Shown in pieces: positions 15,878 to 24,901 of a stretch of DNA of 64,000 nt. Position 1 is the stretch's first letter. Every line of letters begins with the position of its first letter. The stretch is from positions 1,578 through 65,577 of IMG/VR virus record IMGVR_UViG_3300044952_000182, one strand, 5' to 3'. This DNA is from a virus. The position numbers and the translations under genes were made by a program. The notes under the pieces were generated by a model that was not told where the DNA came from, did no database searches, and was given only the letters and a program-made list of their open reading frames with translations.

Positions 15878-16330
15878 TTATTTAATACCTGTTGATCCAA
15901 AGCCTCCCTCACCTCTTTCAGAGTTCTCTAGCTCAGGCACCACTTCAAAAGCTATAGGTATTACAGGTTCAAAAAATATTTGACCCACTCTATCACCTAC
16001 ATTATAAGGAAATGATGTAAAACCATTATGAGATCCTAAAGGAACAGGGATTTGTGTAAAGATTGCCATCCACTCTCCTCTATAATCAGCATCAATTATA
16101 CCAAAGGAGTTATTCATCATCCAGAAATGTTTAGTTAAGTTACTGCGTGGAACTAGGATGCCTTTATATCCCTTAGGGATTTCAGTTTTAAATCCAAGTC
16201 CTACAGCCACCTTACCTTCTTCTTTACTTGTGATGCTATGTGCGTATACATCATAGCAAGCAGCATCAGAGGATGCCTTAAATGGCATGTTTGCATCCTC
16301 TGTTGTCTTTTGTAGTTTAATTTTCAACAT
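15878..16330 (-). CDS. dut: dUTP diphosphatase (dUTPase)
   Basis: AACYDVYA, VPRSNL and IIDADYRGE match dUTPase motifs 1-3; GDRVGQIFF is motif 4/5-like. Confidence 0.8.
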   Translation of the reverse strand: MLKIKLQKTTEDANMPFKASSDAACYDVYAHSITSKEEGKVAVGLGFKTEIPKGYKGILVPRSNLTKHFWMMNNSFGIIDADYRGEWMAIFTQIPVPLGSHNGFTSFPYNVGDRVGQIFFEPVIPIAFEVVPELENSERGEGGFGSTGIK

Positions 16331-17354
16331 CTGCTAATTCAATTTTAGGTTCTTCAACTTGTTTAATTTTGTTTACAATACTATTTCTAATATCATTATA
16401 AAACTCTTCATTATCTAATAACATGCGTTTGAATTCTTCAAGGTTGTATTTAACATCATTGAACGTCATTGTCTGGCCATACTTTCTACCAAGTTCAAAC
16501 TCATTAAGAAGGTCCATGATTTCTTTCACTTTATCAATACCTACACCATACACAATCTCAAATGTAGTCATTCTAAATGGAGGACTCATTCTATTCTTAG
16601 CACACTTCACTTTAGTAATATTACCATAAGTTACATCACCATCTTTAGCAGCTGACTTACTGACTTCTATACGAGCATCAGATGCAAACTTTAATGCATG
16701 TCCACCTTGTGTTGTAGTTGGATTACCAAACATCACACCAATCTTCTCACGATATTGAGAGATGACAATAACACATGTATTGTGTATGGATATTGCAGAT
16801 TTTAGTTTTGAATACACACTGCTATTCAATCTAGCTTTCAAACCAATTGATGAATCACCCACTTCACCATCTAATACCTTCTTAGGAATTAATGATGAGT
16901 CTGAGTCAATGATTACAAGATCCACTTCATTAGTCTTAATCATTTCTAATGCAATATTAAATCCTTCTTCACCACAACTTGGTTGAGAGATTAACATGTC
17001 TGCAGTGTTTACACCAATTGCTTCAAAGTAATTTTTATCTACAGCATGTTCGCCATCAATGTAAACCACTTTACCTCCTGCCTTCTGACATTCAGCAACA
17101 GCATGACCACATATAGTAGACTTACCTGAACCTTCCCATCCCATCAATTCATATAATTTTCCTTTAACAAATCCACCAGTACCTAATGTAATCCAATCAA
17201 ATCCAATTGAACCTGTACTAATAATGTCATAGTGACCATCTGTTTTGGAATCTAGTGCAAGAACTGTTCCTACACCATATGCTTTGTTTAATTTATCCAA
17301 AGCGTCTTGGAGTTTAGAGACACCACTGTCTGTTTGTTTTACTGCTTTCGCCAT
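16317..17354 (-). CDS. recA: RecA/UvsX-family recombinase
   Basis: Track ORF trimmed to MAKAVKQTDSG at 17354. Walker A GWEGSGKST and the RecA core KVVYIDGEHAVD, IIDSDSS. Confidence 0.85.
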   Translation of the reverse strand: MAKAVKQTDSGVSKLQDALDKLNKAYGVGTVLALDSKTDGHYDIISTGSIGFDWITLGTGGFVKGKLYELMGWEGSGKSTICGHAVAECQKAGGKVVYIDGEHAVDKNYFEAIGVNTADMLISQPSCGEEGFNIALEMIKTNEVDLVIIDSDSSLIPKKVLDGEVGDSSIGLKARLNSSVYSKLKSAISIHNTCVIVISQYREKIGVMFGNPTTTQGGHALKFASDARIEVSKSAAKDGDVTYGNITKVKCAKNRMSPPFRMTTFEIVYGVGIDKVKEIMDLLNEFELGRKYGQTMTFNDVKYNLEEFKRMLLDNEEFYNDIRNSIVNKIKQVEEPKIELADVEN

Positions 17355-17404
17355 AATTGTTAATTTTGTATACAAATTTACTATTTTTCTCTGATATTTC
17401 CATA

Positions 17405-17441
17405 CTTTTTCGTTAAAAAATAAAGCCCCCAAGATAGAAAT
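17405..17441 (-). terminator. rho-independent terminator (minus strand)
   Basis: Minus-strand hairpin AGCCCC...GGGGCT followed by TTATTTTTT, downstream of the small CxxC gene. Confidence 0.45.
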
Positions 17442-17516
17442 CCCAGGGGCTGACACAATTAACGAAAAACAGAGATGCAAACATACGCATATAAATGCAT
17501 ACACACGCAAAATATT

Positions 17517-17696
17517 TTATCCTTTATTATCATCTGCTATCATTTGGTTACCCTTGATAACAGGTTTTTCATATGGACAGTGTCTGCAGTTATTACCACA
17601 GCACTCTCCTTTCTCTCTGAGATAGCTTTCTGTAAAGATTACAAAACCATCTTCCAGATAGTAATCAATGTCTTTTATAAAATCTTTCTTTTCCAT
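17517..17696 (-). CDS. small CxxC protein (possible redox partner of NrdJ)
   Basis: Trimmed to MEKKDFIKD... (60 aa), ending ...GECCGNNCRHCPYEKP; immediately downstream of nrdJ. Confidence 0.4.
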   Translation of the reverse strand: MEKKDFIKDIDYYLEDGFVIFTESYLREKGECCGNNCRHCPYEKPVIKGNQMIADDNKG

Positions 17697-17697
17697 A

Positions 17698-19695
17698 TTA
17701 TTGTATTTCACAAGCACCACCAGCACAAGCTGCCACTTGACTAAATTCAACATTGTCATCTATTTCCATCACCTTGTTTAAGTCTATGGCTTTCAATGTG
17801 TTAATGCGTACATTGTATTCATCTTCTGTAATGTCTTCAAAAGGAGCTTGCTTATATGTATGATCAAATGCTGGTAATACAGAAAGACCATTATAGAATT
17901 CTCTATTCTCCCACATCCATTGACCTACAGCATCCCACTCATCATAGTTATAATTAGCCAAATCATGTTTCATTACATCTGACGCACTATGTCCTTCTGA
18001 TAAATAACCATTTTCATCACCAATGTCATACCTTTCTTTTACTGTTTCTAGAGAAAGAAATTGATCCATTTTATAAGTTCTATTTTTATCAATTGATATT
18101 GTAGCACTTACGTTATGTGTATTAGGACCATTTACATGGCCTGCTCTCACCCATTCTGTAGAGAATCTCTTAACACGCTCTAATGTATCAATTGCTGTCT
18201 CTGTTCTCAAGATAGATCCTTCTGGAGCCTTAACAGGAATTCTTACACATATTGTATCTTTAGGACGTAACACATCATCTTCAACTAGTTCAGGATGGTT
18301 AATCTCTAAGTATAAAGCTAAGTCTTCTGTCTTGTTAAATCTCATTGTTCTTAAGTAGTGTGGAGCATGCCAAGCATGAATACCACTTGCTGTACCTAAA
18401 ACTAATGATGTAGTTCCTGAAGGTTTGATACATGTAATACGAGCTGCTTCGTTGGTGCCAATAATCTCAGTGATTAATTGGTTTGTCTTCTTAGCAATAG
18501 CTGCTGCCACTTCTAGATTGTATTTCAATACTTCACCAGAAGCAATACCAGTCATTCCTATGCCTAATAGAGCGTCTCTGAAGGTTGTCATCTTCCATAC
18601 GTCACGTAGATAATGAAAGTCTGTAAAACCTGCCTGCAATGTACCAAAGAATGCAGCTGCTGTCACTCTATCATTAAGATCTTCTTGACATGTGATGTCA
18701 GATACATTCACTTCACATAGGTTACAGAACTGATAGGGTCTCAAAGCAATCTCACAACAAGGATTAGTTCCCCAATCTCTATCATTAGTCCAATAGATAC
18801 CTGGTTCACCAGAACCAGAAGCTTCAATTCTTTTCCATAGAGCGTTAAACTCTTCTTCACCTACTGATTCTCTCTCTAACACTGCAGAGTTATTAGCTCT
18901 ACCTCTTTGTTCATTTAGTTCCCACCAGTTACCATACTTACATGTAATCATCTCTTCATCGTCATGGCTGAATAGAGCAATCATTGCTGATCTTCTAATA
19001 CCACCAGCTAACACAGAGTTTGCAATGTAACATAAGATGTCATGAGACTCTAATGGTGTAAGCTTTGATCCATGTTCTTTACGCTCCATAATAGCATCAA
19101 TGTGTGCTAAACAGATCTTTAATGGTTCTGGACCAGGTGCTTTACCTCCTGCAGTCACTAATCTAGCTCCTTTGTGTCTAATAGCTCTAAAGTCAAACTT
19201 AGGCTTAAGACCTCCCTCAAAGTAAAACTTCATCAAGACCTTCACAGCATCAGCCCAGCCCATAATACTGTCTTCAATAAGCCAGTTTCTGTGCTTGTAA
19301 CGCTCATGCTTAATAATTGTAGGTAGTTGGTCTACGTGGTGCTTTTGTACAGAATAACCTACACCTGTACCTCCTAATAATAGAAACATAGTCTCACTGA
19401 AGCTATGAACACTATCAATTGGTAGGAAACAACAGTTGTAGATACGTGAGTTGTTCACTTCAGCTGCAGGTCCTGCAAACTGTAGAGCTCTCATAGAAGG
19501 AAGGACTTTCTTCTTTCTGATAAATGTAGCACTGTCTTTGATTTCTTGTTCTAGATTAGGATACTTCTTAACCATCATGTTCTCATATCTGTCTACTATC
19601 TCGTCCCAGGTCTCTCTTCTTTTTAGTTCAGGGATGTACTTTGCGTACTTACTAAAAATGGTAATTTTGCTCAAGGCTTCTAATCCTAAATCCAT
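17698..19695 (-). CDS. nrdJ: class II (adenosylcobalamin-dependent) ribonucleotide reductase NrdJ
   Basis: N-terminal RRETWDEIVDRY matches the NrdJ start motif (ETWeEvvdRv). 665 aa. C-terminal redox Cys pair CAGGACEIQ. Confidence 0.75.
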   Translation of the reverse strand: MDLGLEALSKITIFSKYAKYIPELKRRETWDEIVDRYENMMVKKYPNLEQEIKDSATFIRKKKVLPSMRALQFAGPAAEVNNSRIYNCCFLPIDSVHSFSETMFLLLGGTGVGYSVQKHHVDQLPTIIKHERYKHRNWLIEDSIMGWADAVKVLMKFYFEGGLKPKFDFRAIRHKGARLVTAGGKAPGPEPLKICLAHIDAIMERKEHGSKLTPLESHDILCYIANSVLAGGIRRSAMIALFSHDDEEMITCKYGNWWELNEQRGRANNSAVLERESVGEEEFNALWKRIEASGSGEPGIYWTNDRDWGTNPCCEIALRPYQFCNLCEVNVSDITCQEDLNDRVTAAAFFGTLQAGFTDFHYLRDVWKMTTFRDALLGIGMTGIASGEVLKYNLEVAAAIAKKTNQLITEIIGTNEAARITCIKPSGTTSLVLGTASGIHAWHAPHYLRTMRFNKTEDLALYLEINHPELVEDDVLRPKDTICVRIPVKAPEGSILRTETAIDTLERVKRFSTEWVRAGHVNGPNTHNVSATISIDKNRTYKMDQFLSLETVKERYDIGDENGYLSEGHSASDVMKHDLANYNYDEWDAVGQWMWENREFYNGLSVLPAFDHTYKQAPFEDITEDEYNVRINTLKAIDLNKVMEIDDNVEFSQVAACAGGACEIQ

Positions 19696-19716
19696 GTTAA
19701 TTTGTGTTTTATTAGT

Positions 19717-19745
19717 TAAAAAATGAAGGGCTGCAAATCTACTGC
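19717..19745 (-). terminator. rho-independent terminator (minus strand)
   Basis: Minus-strand hairpin GGGTTGCAGTAGATTTGCAGCCC followed by a T-run, between gene 19780..20031 and the nrdJ start. Confidence 0.4.
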
Positions 19746-19779
19746 AACCCTTCTAATAAACCAAGAGAATTTGAAAATT

Positions 19780-20031
19780 CTAACTAACTAAATTTCTTAT
19801 TTTCATTCCTAATTCTGCATTGTTTGGATGGTCTCTAACTAATTTAGTTAGTTCCTTGTCTAAGCTCATTAATTTCTGTAAATAGAGCGTAGCATCCATC
19901 AATTCTTCCTGTAGATGCTTAAGATAATTATCCTTATTGTTAGTCTCTAGAGTGGTGCCATACTTGGTAATCCCTATTTGACTTCTCTCTAAATATTTGT
20001 CAACAACATCTTCTACTATTTGATCTCTCAT
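19780..20031 (-). CDS. hypothetical protein
   Basis: ORF in the minus-strand operon. Confidence 0.4.
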   Translation of the reverse strand: MRDQIVEDVVDKYLERSQIGITKYGTTLETNNKDNYLKHLQEELMDATLYLQKLMSLDKELTKLVRDHPNNAELGMKIRNLVS

Positions 20032-20405
20032 AACTTGTTATTTAAGATTTGAAATGCTTCTTTAATAACTAATTTCTCAGCTTCTATTCTGGTAAAAAAT
20101 GTTTCTGCTGATCCAACTTCTGCTATATCACCCACTATAGAGTAATGAAACAAGCTATTAGGAAAAGCTGTAACGTTGATATAAATATCATTTTCATCAA
20201 ATACATCAAACAAAAACCTAGGATTTGAATCTATAAATGCTGCAACATATTCATTATCAAAGCTTTGTTGTTTTAGCATTTCTTTAAACTCTTCTGAAAC
20301 TCCTTCAGAAGAATCATTCATAGAGTCTATAAGTTTATTATTGTAAAACTCACCTATAACCTTAGCTGCTTTGGGATAGGTTTCTAATAGTTCTGCTCCT
20401 GTCAT
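20028..20405 (-). CDS. hypothetical protein
   Basis: ATGA overlap with its neighbours. Confidence 0.4.
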   Translation of the reverse strand: MTGAELLETYPKAAKVIGEFYNNKLIDSMNDSSEGVSEEFKEMLKQQSFDNEYVAAFIDSNPRFLFDVFDENDIYINVTAFPNSLFHYSIVGDIAEVGSAETFFTRIEAEKLVIKEAFQILNNKL

Positions 20406-20608
20406 ATTCTTTGTTTTAATTGTTTACCACTGTTAGCCCACCAATCCCTCTCAAACTTCCATTCGTTAGGTTCTGGGTGGTGCTGCTTGTCTTCATCTAC
20501 TGACTGTGCTAGGAGAGAGTTCTTTTCACTCTCCATATCACAGAATTTAATTACATCATCTATACCATATTTACTGATTAGATGGTCTAGTATATCACTG
20601 TTATACAT
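20402..20608 (-). CDS. hypothetical protein
   Basis: Small ORF with coupled overlaps. Confidence 0.35.
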   Translation of the reverse strand: MYNSDILDHLISKYGIDDVIKFCDMESEKNSLLAQSVDEDKQHHPEPNEWKFERDWWANSGKQLKQRI

Positions 20609-21152
20609 GTTCTTTAATTTTATTAAGGTCTAATGTTTCAAAGTCATCAAAGAAACCATACCAAACTTCTACATCGCTTGGAAGGTTTATATCTAATTTA
20701 TCTTCCCAAAATTTTACAAGGTCTTCTGTCTTATTAAAGACTCTGTACTGCAGAGATATCTCATCTCTACGCAGTCCATTCTTCTTAATTTGTACAACTT
20801 TAGGGAAAATTCCTTGGAAAGCAGGTGAAGTTTGAGAATATTTGCCTTGTTTTACTAATTCTATATCTCCTTTAAGTCTAGGATTAATTTCGTAGACAAC
20901 CACTACATAGCCATCTTCATAATCATAGTCATCTATGATTGACTTGGTACGTTCATACTCATTATCTAAAAAGTTTCTAAACTTATCCAAATCTTCTGGC
21001 TTAAATAAAAGATACACAGCATTTTCATACTGTATATCTCTCTTTACATCTTTTATATATCCATTTACAAATCCATTGTCCAATAGTTTCTCTTTGCCAA
21101 TGCTAAGAGTTGGGACAATGAATATGCTAGTGATTGTGTGCTTTCTCTCCAT
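20601..21152 (-). CDS. hypothetical protein
   Basis: 183-aa ORF. Confidence 0.45.
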   Translation of the reverse strand: MERKHTITSIFIVPTLSIGKEKLLDNGFVNGYIKDVKRDIQYENAVYLLFKPEDLDKFRNFLDNEYERTKSIIDDYDYEDGYVVVVYEINPRLKGDIELVKQGKYSQTSPAFQGIFPKVVQIKKNGLRRDEISLQYRVFNKTEDLVKFWEDKLDINLPSDVEVWYGFFDDFETLDLNKIKEHV

Positions 21153-21159
21153 ATGTGTT

Positions 21160-22203
21160 TTATCCTAGTTTTACAACCCCATTATTAATATGATTCTCTC
21201 TTGAAATGTTCCACACATCATTATCTAAAGCCCATTTAAGGTCTCCAATAAGTTGTGCAACACCTGGATATTCTCTTCCTTTGTATTCAAAACCATCAAG
21301 AGCATTGTTCATACTGTCTTGAGTCATTTCATATACTAATGGATTAGCATAGTTTGTACTGTCACAAACAATAAACTTAGGCAAGAGGATTTCATAATCT
21401 CCATATCCCATTTCACTAGCCCAAGACTCTGCAGCTTTATGATATAAAAATCCTTGGATGTAAGCTCTTCTATATAAATAATACTCACTATAAAAGTTCT
21501 CTACAGACCAGGTACACTTAAGGTCATACACTTGCCCTGTCTTTGCTTTGTGATCTAGAATTACCTTGTCCATCATAGACTTAAACATGTGACCAAACAC
21601 TTCATATCCTTCTACTTGTAACTGATTAAATACAGAATATTGTACATCATCTACTAAGTTTACAATCTCTGCTGTGGTAGGATTAGTCTTTAGTTCTATC
21701 ACTATCTTTTCAGCGTTTGCAATCTCTTGTGCAGCTACCACTGTAAGATGTTTAGGTCTAACTTCTCTAATTTCTTTGTAATATACTTCAGCATCAGATC
21801 CTATAAACTTTTTAAGAACAGCATCTAAGCCTATCTTAAATCCTGAATCTGCGTGTGCATCTTTACACATATCTTCAAAGCTTCTAGTAACTACACCATC
21901 TTCAGCTGTAGCTTCTACAGTGTGTTTATATAATGCTTCTACAAAATCCAACATCATAGCTGTTGGTGTAGAAAGACATGTAGATACATAAAATCTTTCA
22001 TCAAATAAATGTGGTTCCATCAATAATGTTTCCACCATTCTACCCATTGTAGCAGCTTTACTGTCTTCATCCTCAACTACTTCATTAAGGATATATTTCT
22101 TATGGTACTTTCTCCTATCTGTGGAGAATTCCTTTAGACTAGAACTACTGTCTAGATAGATTGCTCTATATTGAGCCTCTGTTTTCACTGTTCCCTGTAT
22201 CAT
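21160..22203 (-). CDS. PD-(D/E)XK-type nuclease candidate (phage exonuclease-like)
   Basis: GQVYDLKCTW contains a D-x-K arrangement consistent with the PD-(D/E)xK catalytic motif; size and placement fit a recombination exonuclease. Weak. Confidence 0.35.
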   Translation of the reverse strand: MIQGTVKTEAQYRAIYLDSSSSLKEFSTDRRKYHKKYILNEVVEDEDSKAATMGRMVETLLMEPHLFDERFYVSTCLSTPTAMMLDFVEALYKHTVEATAEDGVVTRSFEDMCKDAHADSGFKIGLDAVLKKFIGSDAEVYYKEIREVRPKHLTVVAAQEIANAEKIVIELKTNPTTAEIVNLVDDVQYSVFNQLQVEGYEVFGHMFKSMMDKVILDHKAKTGQVYDLKCTWSVENFYSEYYLYRRAYIQGFLYHKAAESWASEMGYGDYEILLPKFIVCDSTNYANPLVYEMTQDSMNNALDGFEYKGREYPGVAQLIGDLKWALDNDVWNISRENHINNGVVKLG

Positions 22204-22216
22204 ACTCTTTCTAATT

Positions 22217-22531
22217 TTACTTTTTTAAAAAATCTGTGTTTCTTCTTGCGTTTGCTGGTAGTTTACTTACAACATCAGGATCTGGAATCAAATCTTCTCC
22301 TGCAGTGGGATTACCATATACAGAAAGATCATTTTGATCAACTGTTCTAAGCTGTCCTGTGTTATAGAATCTTATAATAAACTGAGGATTGGAGTGAATA
22401 CTACCTACAATCATAAATAGTGCCACACCATATCCCAATTGTTTAACTTCTACATCAAATGGATTTAGAATTTCGTGTACTGTTTGAACTATCATCTTTT
22501 GCGTCTTTAAAATCGTTAATAATTTGATCAC
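22217..22531 (-). CDS. hypothetical protein
   Basis: ORF; the 5-prime region overlaps the next ORF, so the true start is probably internal (MIVQTVHE). Confidence 0.35.
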   Translation of the reverse strand: MIKLLTILKTQKMIVQTVHEILNPFDVEVKQLGYGVALFMIVGSIHSNPQFIIRFYNTGQLRTVDQNDLSVYGNPTAGEDLIPDPDVVSKLPANARRNTDFLKK

Positions 22532-22736
22532 TTAGTTTTCTTACTTCCATTGGTACCTGTTTGAACCACCATCTTACTTCCATTTCATACTCACGTCCTT
22601 GGTCATCAAGTCCTCTTGGATTAATAAGCCAGAACATAAAAGTTCTGCCATTAAAGTCAACAGATCCTTCATGCCATATTTCAGTGAAGGATGGTTGTCT
22701 GTTAATAGTTACTGTTAATTGTTTTTCGTCACTCAT
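22455..22736 (-). CDS. hypothetical protein
   Basis: MSDEKQLTVTINRQ...; 93 aa. Confidence 0.4.
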   Translation of the reverse strand: MSDEKQLTVTINRQPSFTEIWHEGSVDFNGRTFMFWLINPRGLDDQGREYEMEVRWWFKQVPMEVRKLSDQIINDFKDAKDDSSNSTRNSKSI

Positions 22737-23020
22737 TTCTCTGTTATTTTAGTGGGTTCCCAAAGATAGGATAGCAAATGATATGGCCTATCACCAAACT
22801 TTGGTACAGCAATATACTGTCTGCCAACACATTTTGTTTTGAGTTCTTCTGGGGTGAGAGTCATCACCTTACCTTTGTATTCAATTTCATAACTCTCTTT
22901 CTTTTGAATACATTCTCTTACACTGTGATCAATTAGATCAACATACTTCTTGTCATGAAGTTTTAAGATTGTCCTTTTCATGTTTATCTGCTTTTGTTTT
23001 TTTGTCGTGGCATTTTTCAC
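22733..23020 (-). CDS. hypothetical protein
   Basis: 95-aa basic protein. Confidence 0.4.
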   Translation of the reverse strand: MKNATTKKQKQINMKRTILKLHDKKYVDLIDHSVRECIQKKESYEIEYKGKVMTLTPEELKTKCVGRQYIAVPKFGDRPYHLLSYLWEPTKITEK

Positions 23021-23429
23021 ATAAGACTTGTAAGTTGTCTACCTCACAGAATAGTCTCTCTACAAATCCTGGTAAGTCTTTTGAACTCATCAAACTACCT
23101 GCAGGATGGATGTGATCAACATTAATCTTCTTCTCTATAAACCAATTCTTGCACACATTGCATTGATACTCATACTTTTGTCTCTTGTTTACACCCTTGT
23201 ACAATCTGCGTGCTTTAAGCTTGCATTCTGTAATAGGCTTCCAAAACCTGGACTTCTGTCTGAGAGCACTGCGTATGAAACTCCAGAATGCTGATTCTGT
23301 CATAGTTCCAGCACATCTTGGTTTACTTACTACTCTTCTAGGTTTTTTAGAGATTCTTTTTGTTGCGTTTTTTATCATAATATATATATAATCCCAGGGT
23401 GTTACCCCTGGGAATACAAATTTAATCAA
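22953..23429 (-). CDS. HNH endonuclease
   Basis: CNVCKNWFIEKKINVDHIHPAGSL ... CEKCHDKK: an HNH motif (CxxC ... H-N ... H) with the second zinc-binding pair. Confidence 0.6.
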   Translation of the reverse strand: MIKFVFPGVTPWDYIYIMIKNATKRISKKPRRVVSKPRCAGTMTESAFWSFIRSALRQKSRFWKPITECKLKARRLYKGVNKRQKYEYQCNVCKNWFIEKKINVDHIHPAGSLMSSKDLPGFVERLFCEVDNLQVLCEKCHDKKTKADKHEKDNLKTS

Positions 23430-24891
23430 TTTCTACAATTCTTTTAGATATTTCTTGCTTTATTTCATCAAGACTCTTAACAATTGTATACACTTCTACT
23501 GCAGATAGGGCAGGAAGATTGAAATCATATTTCATAGCCTCAGCTGTGAATCCTTCTTTAGCTTTCTCAGCCAAGTTATCCAACTCACGTACAGCATAAG
23601 ACTCATCTAACTCAAGAGTATCAAAGTCTAGGTCATGTAAGATTTCTGTTGCTTCCTCACGTGGCACAGTCATAATTGGTAAATACTCATAACATCTACC
23701 TTTTGACTCACCAATACCTACAACCTTCATTGGGTTGATAAGTATAAGAACACTTGTATCACCACAGCCTACATAATGAATCTCATCACTAGTAAAGTGT
23801 AATCCTGCATGTGCACAATCTGCTCTTGACCAATTGCATTCGTCCATAGGCATACTCACTGGTCTACCAATTCTGATGTCAAATGTTCTTGTGTGAGCAT
23901 CTGTAAATCTATTTTCTGCTCTATTAGGCAAGTCAAGATATAAGTCTGTTAAGTTACCAAGATTTTCACCTTTAACTGCAAGAACAAGATCTTCATATTC
24001 ACCTGTACCATCACACTCACAACACTCTTCACTATCTTCCCACTCATCACACTCAGGAATGGTTCCTGTACCATCACAATAAGAACATGTGCATGTTTCT
24101 TTTTTATACATAGCTTCTCCATGAACCATTTTATATTCACCATTCTCTAGGAATACAAAATACTCATCAGGCTTCTTCTTCCATACAGCCTTCACTTTAT
24201 TATATGCATTAGATACAAACTGTACTAATTCTGTAGAACCATGCAATGTAACTACATTTCTCAAAGCTACAAAGAAGCCTTGTTTAGTGATGCTGAAGCT
24301 ATTCTTCTTCAAGAAGTTGAATAGATCATTTGCAACCTCAGCTCTTGGATTCAAGCAGCACCACATAAAGAATCTATGCAAAGCATTGAATTCATCGCTA
24401 TCTGTGTTACCATGTTTACCAACCACTTCTAAGAATTCTTCCACTAATAATGGAGGTAGACTTCTATTGATACCCTTTAAATAAAGAGAACCATTTTTCA
24501 TCTCAAACTCAGGAAGTGTAGCTAAGAACTTGGCACCTGCTGTTATAGCCTTAATTTTCTCATACTCAGCTTCAGCTTTTCTTCTCTCATCTTTTATCTC
24601 CTGTGTGCTCACAAGATCAAATAGACAAGCTTCTGTTTTACAATCTCTAGCAGAATTAAAATGTTCTGATGTTGCTGGAGATTTGGTAATGATATTACCA
24701 TCGTTCATTACAATAGTCAATGTATCATTAACCATTTTAATGTTTAGATAGGGCTTTCCTGAAGAATGATAAGAAGGGGCTGTCTGCCCCTCCTCATTAT
24801 CCAACTGGTTAAAAGCCTGCTCAATTTTGTTTTCTACTACCTTTTCAATTGTGCGTTCAATTGCACCCTTAAACCATTTCAAACTTAGCAT
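23422..24891 (-). CDS. protein with DnaJ-type CxxCxGxG zinc-finger motifs
   Basis: CSYCDGTG and CCECDGTG (two CxxCxGxG repeats, i.e. one DnaJ-like Zn centre) inside a 489-aa protein of otherwise unknown fold; adjacent to the Hsp90-like gene. Confidence 0.5.
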   Translation of the reverse strand: MLSLKWFKGAIERTIEKVVENKIEQAFNQLDNEEGQTAPSYHSSGKPYLNIKMVNDTLTIVMNDGNIITKSPATSEHFNSARDCKTEACLFDLVSTQEIKDERRKAEAEYEKIKAITAGAKFLATLPEFEMKNGSLYLKGINRSLPPLLVEEFLEVVGKHGNTDSDEFNALHRFFMWCCLNPRAEVANDLFNFLKKNSFSITKQGFFVALRNVVTLHGSTELVQFVSNAYNKVKAVWKKKPDEYFVFLENGEYKMVHGEAMYKKETCTCSYCDGTGTIPECDEWEDSEECCECDGTGEYEDLVLAVKGENLGNLTDLYLDLPNRAENRFTDAHTRTFDIRIGRPVSMPMDECNWSRADCAHAGLHFTSDEIHYVGCGDTSVLILINPMKVVGIGESKGRCYEYLPIMTVPREEATEILHDLDFDTLELDESYAVRELDNLAEKAKEGFTAEAMKYDFNLPALSAVEVYTIVKSLDEIKQEISKRIVEID

Positions 24892-24901
24892 GTTTTTCTT
24901 T

